14,270 nucleotides of DNA. Source: Nitrospiraceae bacterium (lineage in GTDB: Bacteria > Nitrospirota > Nitrospiria > Nitrospirales > Nitrospiraceae). The position numbers and the translations under genes were made by a program. The stretch covers positions 1 through 14,270 of the forward strand of contig JBOHOI010000053.1 of NCBI GenBank assembly GCA_050731155.1. The letters run 5' to 3'. Shown piece by piece: positions 7,691 through 13,665 of this stretch. Below the pieces are notes generated by a model, which saw only the letters and a program-made list of their open reading frames with translations, had not been told where the DNA came from and made no database searches. Position 1 is the first letter of the stretch, and every line of letters starts with the position of its first letter.

Positions 7691-7948
7691 ATGGCAAGAA
7701 AAATGAACAACACATTCATGAAACCTGTAAACCCGTCTCGTGATTTGGCAGAAGTGGTGGGAAGCAAAGCTCTTCCGCGAACAGAGGTGACCAAAAAGCT
7801 TTGGGCGTACATCAAAAGGCATAAGCTCCAGGATTCCAAAAACAGACGCAACATCAACGCTGACGACACATTGAGGAAAGTATTTGGCGGCAAGAGAACG
7901 GTCAATATGTTTGAGATGACCAAGCTCGTCAGCAAGCACCTGAAATAA
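7691..7948 (+). CDS. SWIB/MDM2-domain protein (85 aa)
   Basis: Sequence …LAEVVGSKALPRTEVTKKLWAYIKRHKLQDSKNRRNINADDTLRKVFGGKRTVNMFEMTKLVSKHL is a textbook bacterial SWIB-domain sequence. AGGAGGG RBS directly upstream. Confidence 0.85.
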   Translation: MARKMNNTFMKPVNPSRDLAEVVGSKALPRTEVTKKLWAYIKRHKLQDSKNRRNINADDTLRKVFGGKRTVNMFEMTKLVSKHLK

Positions 7949-7989
7949 CCAGAACATTCCCCCTCGTTCGGCGCCTCAGTCAGAACGTT

Positions 7990-8008
7990 CGGGGCCCACG
8001 GGCCCCGT
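7990..8008. terminator. Short perfect GC hairpin (cggggccc acg gggccccg) 42 nt downstream of the SWIB gene; possible terminator
   Basis: 8-bp stem with a 3-nt loop, read directly. There is no clear U-tract on either strand. Confidence 0.3.
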
Positions 8009-8125
8009 GCTGTCTTGCCGAGGCGCCGTGTCATGTCCAGGCGGGACCACCAGGCCGCTGAACGATACCGTGGTGCCACGCGATCATCGGCCGATTCCAT
8101 CCCGAGCCACGATGATGGGACTCGC

Positions 8126-8141
8126 CCTCCTCCCCCGCGCC
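8126..8141 (+). repeat. Copy 2 of R1 (CCTCCTCCCCCGCGCC)
   Basis: Identical 16-mer core in the convergent intergenic space between the SWIB gene and the - strand gene. Confidence 0.6.
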
Positions 8142-8224
8142 CTCAAAAGTGAGTTACGAACAAGCCTGGCAGGGGAACCCCGCCGCTTGATGCTCTCTGG
8201 ACGCGAGGCTTGCGAAGCATCCTC

Positions 8225-8659
8225 TCAGTCGCCTCCTTTGAACGCATCCCGGTCGTATTCCTCGCCGACGTCATCATGTTCCTGGATTCCCAGAGCGCTG
8301 AGGAACGACACTCGCAAGGCTCGGACTTGCGTGAGGCTCCGGCGGTCAGCTTTTTCCGCTCCGGCCAGAAACCGGTCGCAGAGTTTCAGGCCTTGCTGAA
8401 AGTGTTCGGCGATCGGGTCTTCGGCGGCTTGCTGCCAGGTACTATAAATGAGGAATTCCTGGAAGGCGCGGGCGGTAGGGTAGTGCTCGCCGAGCGTCAG
8501 GAGCTGGCGGTACGCCTGCGCGGCTTCGTCCCCGGCGCTCGCAGAGAAGGCGGCCTCCCATTCGGCAGCCGATGCACCATCAGCGCCCAGCTCGTTGCGC
8601 GTCTGCGAGAGCTGGAATGCGGTGTGGGCGGCGACGGCTGGGTCGAACGAGAGATCCAT
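8225..8659 (-). CDS. Hypothetical protein (~144 aa from ATG 8659; a GTG at 8746 would give 173 aa)
   Basis: In the - strand frame, third-codon positions are strongly G/C-biased (GCC, GTC, CAC, ACC …), which in a high-GC genome is the signature of a real gene. AAGGGAG lies upstream of ATG 8659. The overlapping + strand ORF 8210..8824 lacks this bias. Confidence 0.55.
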   Translation of the reverse strand: MDLSFDPAVAAHTAFQLSQTRNELGADGASAAEWEAAFSASAGDEAAQAYRQLLTLGEHYPTARAFQEFLIYSTWQQAAEDPIAEHFQQGLKLCDRFLAGAEKADRRSLTQVRALRVSFLSALGIQEHDDVGEEYDRDAFKGGD

Positions 8660-8972
8660 TATCCCGTCTTTTACTCCCTTCCGCACACTTTCCGCAATTC
8701 CGTCTTCGCGCGTTGGAGTAGGCGCTTGTCTTTGGCACTGAGCCACCTGCGCTTAACAGACAAGTCTGGGTTCCCGCTCTTGACACCTCCCTTTGGACAG
8801 CCTAGCTTTGCTTCTGCTGACTGATTCCTCAGACCATCCATTGGTTCCTCTTCAAGATCTGGAGCGGATGGCCCTGTTGTCGGAGCGGAAGGAGCCGCGG
8901 GAGGTTCAGCGGGAGGGACTGGAGAGGAAAGGGCTGCTGCCAAAGGACAAACGCTTTCGTCATGAGTGAGCT

Positions 8973-9362
8973 GTGCCTCCACTCGATCTGACGTGCCCAT
9001 CTTGTGGGACCGAACGGACCCAACGCCTGAATCTCCTGCGGCGGTTTTATGGTGACGGTGGTTTTGTTGGGCACGCGTTTCTCTCCGAAGGGCTTGAACG
9101 CCCTCACCAGCCGTGGGGATTTACGGCTGGCTTTCTTGTCGGGCTTCTCCTCGGTGCCATCTCGTATGTGATCCTTCCCGAGGCGTACCAGCTCTTCTCA
9201 GTACTGCCCCTGGTCCTGGGTTGGCTGGGCGTTGGGGTCAGGGCTCGGATGAAATACCATGACAAGCGGGCGAAGTGGGAGAGCGCCCTCGACCAGTACT
9301 TCATGTGCCTGCGATGTGGGGACGTCTTTCGCCCCCGCAAACAAAGGCCCGACGTTCCATGA
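8973..9362 (+). CDS. Small zinc-ribbon membrane protein (CPSCG … CLRCG flanking two hydrophobic helices)
   Basis: GTG start. Two CxxC pairs at the N- and C-termini bracket hydrophobic segments (FTAGFLVGLLLGAISYVIL, LFSVLPLVLGWLGVGV). Confidence 0.45.
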   Translation: MPPLDLTCPSCGTERTQRLNLLRRFYGDGGFVGHAFLSEGLERPHQPWGFTAGFLVGLLLGAISYVILPEAYQLFSVLPLVLGWLGVGVRARMKYHDKRAKWESALDQYFMCLRCGDVFRPRKQRPDVP

Positions 9363-9387
9363 CTCAGAAGCTCTCCTCATCGCGTAA

Positions 9388-9540
9388 GAAGAAAAGGCGG
9401 GGTCAGGTCTGGCCATCACGCACCGGCTTGCCCGCGACAAAGCCAGCCTCGACATCTTCTGGTTCAAGGACGAGTCCCTCAAAGAGTCCGACAATCTCCA
9501 CGGCGCGCTGGAACAGTTTGAGGCGATCCAAGCAGATTGA
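9388..9540 (+). pseudogene. hsdM: Remnant of the C-terminal ~50 codons of a second, different-family type I hsdM gene
   Basis: A 51-codon open frame reads …ITHRLARDKASLDIFWFKDESLKESDNLHGALEQFEAIQAD*. The (A/R)xKxxLDIFWLKDESL…DNL…ALEQF pattern is, from memory, the conserved extreme C-terminus of EcoKI-type HsdM proteins. The intact hsdM at 3675-5216 ends quite differently. No upstream hsdM body is present. Confidence 0.45.
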
Positions 9541-9581
9541 GCCGACACGTACATGCTGAACGCTGATGGAGATCCTCTTCG

Positions 9582-10028
9582 ATGAATCTTCGCGCCGCCC
9601 TGATCTTCCTCGTCCTCGGATTCATCGGCCTGTTGATCGTGATGGGGACGGCCAGTTTCGTTCGGTGGCTGAAGATTTCCTACCCTCGGTCCTTCCGCTC
9701 GATTCTAGTTGTGCTCTGCCTCTTGATGGTGGGTGCCGGGGTCTGGGTCTACATGGAAGCGAAGGAGCGACCAGTGTTCCACGCGGGCGATCTCGTCACG
9801 CTCGAGGAGCCGGTGGTTGCCAGAGTCATCCCTGCAGGTCGCAGCGCGCCCGCGACAAGCTGTATTGTGGAGATTTACGAGCATCTCTCGGTGGTGGACG
9901 TTCAAACCGGAACCATGACGGCGCGCGTCGAGAGCAACAATCGATCCGGTCCGAGCTACTGTCCAATCGGCGCTGACGTGCACATCGAGCTGGCCTGGCT
10001 TCACCGCTATACTCTCACGCACCGGTAG
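9582..10028 (+). CDS. Hypothetical membrane protein (two predicted TM helices at the N-terminus)
   Basis: ATG with a GGAGA RBS 9 nt upstream. Strong GC3 bias (CTT CGC GCC GCC CTG ATC TTC CTC GTC CTC …). Hydrophobic stretches LIFLVLGFIGLLIVMG and ILVVLCLLMVGAGVWVY. Confidence 0.6.
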   Translation: MNLRAALIFLVLGFIGLLIVMGTASFVRWLKISYPRSFRSILVVLCLLMVGAGVWVYMEAKERPVFHAGDLVTLEEPVVARVIPAGRSAPATSCIVEIYEHLSVVDVQTGTMTARVESNNRSGPSYCPIGADVHIELAWLHRYTLTHR

Positions 10029-10031
10029 TCC

Positions 10032-10058
10032 TGACCCCGATCCATCGCGACAACCCGA
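10032..10058 (+). repeat. Repeat R3, copy A (TGACCCCGATCCATCGCGACAACCCGA)
   Basis: A 27-nt segment that recurs at 12105-12132 with 2 mismatches. Same orientation. Confidence 0.55.
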
Positions 10059-10121
10059 CGACGCCCTTCCGGCCGCTGGACCACTCGCTTGACCGCCGTC
10101 GGTAAACGAGCCCTTTCGCTC

Positions 10122-10145
10122 CCTCGTCCCCCGCGCCTCCCGCAG
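10122..10145 (+). repeat. Copy 3 of R1 (CCTCGTCCCCCGCGCCTCCCGCAG)
   Basis: One mismatch in the core. Lies 89 nt downstream of repeat R3 and about 200 nt upstream of the SPFH gene. Confidence 0.55.
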
Positions 10146-10350
10146 AGCATTCTGACTGGACGGAAAAGCGTTGCCGTGCCAGGAGGCGGCGGTCGCCGGT
10201 CACCAGATCATTCGCGTCCGCGCCGTCTTCACCGCTCACACTCCGCTAGACATCGCGTGCTGTCTCGTGTAACGTTCTCCCGGCATTTCTCTCATCGCTT
10301 GTCTGCTCCATTGCCTTCACCCCCAGGTCGCCCGGGATAAGGAGGTCACC

Positions 10351-11214
10351 GTGTCCATCGAATTGGCGGTCGCAGTCGTGGCAGTTGTGGTCCTGTTAGT
10401 CGCCACCATCAAGATCGTCCCGGAATATCAGCGCATCGTCGTCCTCCGTCTGGGCAAAGTCCTCCCACGGCCGAAGGGGCCGGGCCTTGTTCTCATCATT
10501 CCGGTCATCGATCGGCCCATTTGGGTGGACCTCCGTGAGACGTATCTCGAGGTCCCGCACCAGACCTGCATCACGAAGGACAATGCGCCGATCTCCATCG
10601 ACTTTCTCATCTATTCGAAAGTCCTCGACCCAACCTCCAGCGTGGTCCAGGTCCAAGACTTCGCCGGGGCTTCTCAGGGGATTGCCACCACGACTCTCCG
10701 GGCGGTTGTGGGTGACATCCCGCTCGATGATGTGTTGGCCAAGCGCGATCAGATCAACCACCTCTTACAAGCAAGAATGGACGAGGTGACCCAACGCTGG
10801 GGGGTGAAGATCACGACGGTTGAGATTCGGGAAATTACGCCGCCGAAAGAGGTCCAGGAAGCGATGACGCGTCAGATGTCCGCCGAGCGGAGCCGGCGGG
10901 CCACGGTCACCGAGGCAGAAGGGGCTAAGCAGGCGGCCGTGACGGTGGCCGAGGGTGATAAACAGGCGGCGATCCTGAAAGCTGAAGGGGACCGCCAGGC
11001 GGCGAGCTTGCGGGCGGAAGGGTTTGCTCTTGCCCTGAGAAAGATCTTTGAGGCGGCCAAGGAGGTGGACTCGAAAACCATGAGCCTGCAATACCTTGAG
11101 ACCTTGAAGGTCATGGGTACCAGCCCCTCCACCAAATTCATCTTCCCGATGGAGTTCAGCTCTTTCCTGGCCGGCTTGTTGGGAGACAGTAAGAAGGCAT
11201 TCGGTAAAGAGTGA
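10351..11214 (+). CDS. SPFH/band-7 (stomatin/prohibitin-like, HflK/C family) membrane protein
   Basis: N-terminal TM helix followed by the band-7 core (IVPEYQRIVVLRLGKV…DLRETYLEVPHQTCITKDNAPISIDFLIYSKVLDP…) and a C-terminal coiled coil with A/E/Q-rich heptads. GTG start preceded by AAGGAGGT. Confidence 0.9.
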   Translation: MSIELAVAVVAVVVLLVATIKIVPEYQRIVVLRLGKVLPRPKGPGLVLIIPVIDRPIWVDLRETYLEVPHQTCITKDNAPISIDFLIYSKVLDPTSSVVQVQDFAGASQGIATTTLRAVVGDIPLDDVLAKRDQINHLLQARMDEVTQRWGVKITTVEIREITPPKEVQEAMTRQMSAERSRRATVTEAEGAKQAAVTVAEGDKQAAILKAEGDRQAASLRAEGFALALRKIFEAAKEVDSKTMSLQYLETLKVMGTSPSTKFIFPMEFSSFLAGLLGDSKKAFGKE

Positions 11215-11247
11215 ACGTCAGCCGCCGGCTGCGGCCCTCTTCCACTC

Positions 11248-11290
11248 CCTCCTCCCCCGCGCCTTCCGCGGCGCATTCTTGTGATTCGCA
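11248..11290 (+). repeat. Copy 4 of R1, extended form (CCTCCTCCCCCGCGCCTTCCGCGGCGCATTCTTGTGATTCGCACC)
   Basis: The core plus a conserved 3' extension (CCTTCCGCGG … ATT.TTGTGATTC) shared with copies 5 and 6. Lies about 80 nt upstream of the DUF433 gene. Confidence 0.6.
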
Positions 11291-11311
11291 CCTCAGCCCA
11301 GTACGGGACAG

Positions 11312-11340
11312 GTAGACCGGAACTCAAGCCTGGGCTATAA
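11312..11340 (+). promoter_or_regulatory. Candidate sigma70 promoter for the DUF433-DUF5615 operon (TAGACC, 17-nt spacer, TATAAT)
   Basis: Perfect -10 TATAAT at 11335-11340, 28 nt upstream of ATG 11369. The -35 hexamer matches 4 of 6. A GAAGG RBS follows. Confidence 0.35.
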
Positions 11341-11368
11341 TAGCGGCAACAATAGCGAAGGTCATTCC

Positions 11369-11614
11369 ATGACGCTCGTCATCGGCGAGAAAGAACTGAG
11401 CCAGTTGCCGGTCACCACTGATCCAGCCATTCTCAGTGGCACGCCCGTGTTCCGTGGTACGCGAGTACCAGTGGACGCCCTCATCAGCAACCTGGAAGCT
11501 GGCCTCACGTTAGACGAGTTTCTGGGAAACTTCCCCACCGTTAGACGCGAGCAGGCTTTGCAGGTCCTTGAGTTCTCCAAAGCGACGCTCCTGAAGCTCG
11601 GCAAGACCGCTTGA
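11369..11614 (+). CDS. DUF433-family protein (putative antitoxin-like partner)
   Basis: The 81-aa protein reads …DPAILSGTPVFRGTRVPVDALISNLEAGLTLDEFLGNFPTVRREQALQVLEF…, matching the DUF433 pattern (GxPxIRGTRIPV … EEIL..YP.LTREDI.AAL.YA). Its 4-nt overlap (ATGA) with the next gene is consistent with an operon. Confidence 0.8.
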   Translation: MTLVIGEKELSQLPVTTDPAILSGTPVFRGTRVPVDALISNLEAGLTLDEFLGNFPTVRREQALQVLEFSKATLLKLGKTA

Positions 11615-11937
11615 GAATCCTGCTCGACGAATCCGCCCCGCGAGTGATCAAGACTCGCCTTCCCAAATTCGCGATCTCCACGGTGCAGGAGATGGGCTGG
11701 ACAGGGCTGAAAAACGGAGAGTTGCTGGACTTGGCCGAACAGCAGTTCGATGTGTTCATCACGGCTGATCAACAGCTTCGCTATCAACAGAACCTGACCG
11801 GCAGGCGTCTCGCAGGGCTCGCCTTGCCCAGCAATCAGGTGCCTGCCGTGACAGAGCTTCTGCCCGCCATCGAGCGGGCCCTCAACTCAATTCAACCTGG
11901 AACCTTTGTTGACATTCCGCTTTCTTCAGGGGGCTGA
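11611..11937 (+). CDS. DUF5615-family (PIN-like, Mut7-C-type) protein; putative toxin partner of DUF433
   Basis: MRILLDESAPRVIKTRL…GELLDLAEQQFDVFITADQQ matches the DUF5615 N-terminus (MK.L.DEN.P …). Its operon partner is a classic DUF433 gene. Confidence 0.8.
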   Translation: MRILLDESAPRVIKTRLPKFAISTVQEMGWTGLKNGELLDLAEQQFDVFITADQQLRYQQNLTGRRLAGLALPSNQVPAVTELLPAIERALNSIQPGTFVDIPLSSGG

Positions 11938-11980
11938 CCTCTCTAGTGACCGCATCCGGTTGAATGGAATTGTTTCTTCC

Positions 11981-12027
11981 CCTCCTTCCCCGCGCCTTCC
12001 CCATGTGTGATTCTCTCGTCACGTCAG
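11981..12027 (+). repeat. Copy 5 of R1, extended form (CCTCCTTCCCCGCGCCTTCCCCATGTGTGATTCTCTCGTC…)
   Basis: The core has one substitution. The extension is …TGTGATTCTC. Lies in convergent intergenic space, followed by R2 and R3. Confidence 0.55.
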
Positions 12028-12056
12028 CTGGCTTACCGCCCAAGACCTCCCCGACT

Positions 12057-12683
12057 TCACGACGTGCGCGCGGTGGGCTGTCCATGCCAGGGCAGCAGGG
12101 AATAAGTTGACCCCGATCCATCGTTACAACCCGATTCGGGTCTGCCCACTGCCTGGATAGGGGACTCAACTGCCTGGCGGGCTTGGTTGAGGGACTTGAC
12201 CATGTCCACGAGTCGCGCTCGCCCTTCCTCGGAGATTTCGGTGAACCGTACACCCATTCCGGGAGAGAACCTGTATTGGTCGGCTTTCGGGCAAACCCAC
12301 GCGACGGTCCCCTTCGCTCCCAGCCATTCAGAGGGATAGTCAGGGAGCGCAACCTCCATCATCAGTTTGGTCCCGACCGGAAGCGGGTCGTTGCTTTCAA
12401 TAAAAAGCCCTTCATCCCCACCCCCTGAAGGCCGGCTCTCGAACCAGTGACCGTCAGGCGTACGGTAGCGGACATTCAGAACGAGGAAGTCCATCAACTC
12501 AGTGCGCAGACCCTCTGGTTGATTCTGGGCGCGTAAGCCCAGGATCAGGTCAATCACAGATCCCCAGGGCACGGTGCCCATTTGCGCGCCCCCCACGCCG
12601 AGCAGCCGAATGGTTTCACGCTCGTGGTCCAGCTCCAGCAATTTTCCCTTATGTGCCTTGGTGGCAGTGACTGGCAGCTTCAT
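12057..12683 (-). CDS. PilZ-like domain protein (TIGR02266-type C-terminal domain, possibly degenerate), 208 aa
   Basis: The C-terminal half (…LVLNVRYRTPDGHWF…GGGDEGLFIESNDPLPVGTKLMMEVALPD…GTVAWVCP…GMGVRFTEISEEGRARLVDMV) parallels the PilZ-like TIGR02266 pattern (RVPV…GGGLFV…PLPVGT.V.L.L.LP…G.VVWV…PGMGIQF.DL.EEAR.RL). ATG at 12683 with a GGAGGA RBS. The last ~15 codons read into repeat R2. Confidence 0.55.
   Translation of the reverse strand: MKLPVTATKAHKGKLLELDHERETIRLLGVGGAQMGTVPWGSVIDLILGLRAQNQPEGLRTELMDFLVLNVRYRTPDGHWFESRPSGGGDEGLFIESNDPLPVGTKLMMEVALPDYPSEWLGAKGTVAWVCPKADQYRFSPGMGVRFTEISEEGRARLVDMVKSLNQARQAVESPIQAVGRPESGCNDGSGSTYSLLPWHGQPTARTS
12062..12104 (+). repeat. Repeat R2, copy A (GTGCGCGCGGTGGGCTGTCCATGCCAGGGCAGCAGGGAATAAG)
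   Basis: A 43-nt segment that recurs at 13319-13361 with 2 mismatches, read directly. Both copies create the spurious peptide …LLPWHGQPTART in - strand ORFs. Confidence 0.65.
12105..12132 (+). repeat. Repeat R3, copy B
   Basis: Immediately follows R2 copy A, suggesting R2, R3 and R1 are parts of one composite element. Confidence 0.55.
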
Positions 12684-12895
12684 CAGGTCCTCCGTTACTG
12701 AGTGGAACTGATTCCCAACTCCCTGACCAGGTCCTGGAGACGTTCTTGCTCGGGGGGCGCAGGGAGAGAAAGCCCACACCGAACTCTCGGCCCGTTGTCC
12801 ACGACTGAACTCGCGGTGCAGAGGATGGGCTCACACCAGAGACAAACAACATCACTTGCTAGCAGTCGCAACGTCATGAACACCACCAGCGCATC

Positions 12896-12941
12896 AAACT
12901 GTACCTAATGATAATCACCACGCACAAAACTGTACCTAAGT
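12896..12941 (+). repeat. Two direct copies of AAACTGTACCTAA, 33 nt apart, in an AT-rich non-coding stretch
   Basis: Exact 13-mer at 12896-12908 and 12929-12941, read directly. It may be a paired transcription-factor site or an att-like core. Confidence 0.4.
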
Positions 12942-13318
12942 GTCAATCCGTTCAATGCCACAAGTGAGGTATCCCCCCCTCAAAAGAGGTACTCGTAGAG
13001 GAAGTCCAGCGCGACCATTTTCAAGGGGGCTCGCTCAAGGACTAAGATCTTCTCTTGTACCTTGAACTAGGATTTTGGCGAGGAGGATAGCAATTGAGAG
13101 GTTGAGAGGCTTGCGCTCATGAGGGAGTTACCCTGGTCCCGGTTCCACTCCCGATTTTTGTCCTGATTCAGAATCTAACTCGGTCGCAATTGGGCGCAAG
13201 AAAACTGGCCTAAGGCCTTGTTTTCATTGCTTCGGCGTAGTAGTCCTTCGCTGTTGATCGTCATTGGTCGCAGAGTCCTCGGGCGCTCTGCAAAACTGCG
13301 ACGCAACAGTGCGCGCGG

Positions 13319-13361
13319 TGGGCTGTCCATGCCAGGGCAGCAGGAAGTAAGCCGCTGGGCA
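13319..13361 (+). repeat. Repeat R2, copy B
   Basis: See copy A. Same orientation, 1.25 kb away. Confidence 0.65.
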
Positions 13362-13400
13362 ACCCCCTCGACTGCCGCCGCTAGGCGATCGCGTCCCCTC

Positions 13401-13447
13401 CCTCCTCCCCCCGCGCCTTCCGCGGGGAATTGTGAGGTCTCTGTCCG
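13401..13447 (+). repeat. Copy 6 of R1, extended form (CCTCCTCCCCCCGCGCCTTCCGCGGGGAATTGTGAGGTCTCTGTCC)
   Basis: The core contains a 7-bp hairpin, ccccgcg / ccttc / cgcgggg. Lies about 220 nt upstream of the phosphatase gene and is preceded by R2. Confidence 0.6.
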
Positions 13448-13665
13448 GACTAGATATTCCCGCCGCCGAACTCGGTGCGCTGCTTCCTCTCTCCTGACAG
13501 AGGGGGCGTCCCATGCTGCCTCCACGGGTTGCTCGTTGCCCGTGCCCGTTTCTCTCACTCTGGGTGCGCCTGAGTATAGAAAAGAAGACCCTGGAGAGAG
13601 AAAAGGGGAGAGGAATAGCTCAAGCCAAGGATGTGTTACGATGGGCTTTGAGGGAGGGTGACTCT

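Noticed and set aside
7540-8100. 186-aa ORF on the - strand, antisense to the SWIB gene
   Set aside because: It overlaps a clearly identifiable conserved SWIB domain gene on the + strand. Its sequence is low-complexity and unrecognisable. Long antisense ORFs are expected by chance in high-GC DNA.
8787-8815. TTGACA-N17-TAGCTT as a promoter for the zinc-ribbon gene
   Set aside because: The -35 hexamer is perfect, but the -10 matches only 3 of 6 positions. There is too little support to list it as a feature.
8210-8824. 204-aa ORF on the + strand, overlapping the 8225..8659 - strand gene
   Set aside because: The - strand frame shows the strong third-position G/C bias of genuine genes in this genome. 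The + strand frame does not, and it reads like translated antisense (R/G/A-rich).
10396-11327. Several - strand ORFs (121, 108 and 151 aa) antisense to the SPFH gene
   Set aside because: The SPFH/band-7 protein on the + strand is unmistakable. The antisense ORFs are artefacts of high GC content.
12649-12908. Short ORFs of 63-68 aa on both strands just upstream of the PilZ-like gene
   Set aside because: No RBS, no coding bias and no recognisable motifs. They overlap the PilZ gene start and promoter region.
13175-13661. ORFs of 127, 147 and 96 aa spanning R2/R1 repeats, and the track extension of the phosphatase ORF back to 13513
   Set aside because: The ORFs are built largely from repeat sequence; the same repeat elsewhere is non-coding. 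The phosphatase P-loop begins right after a GTG at 13666 with a strong RBS, and the upstream extension MLPPRVARCPCPFLSLW… has no support.
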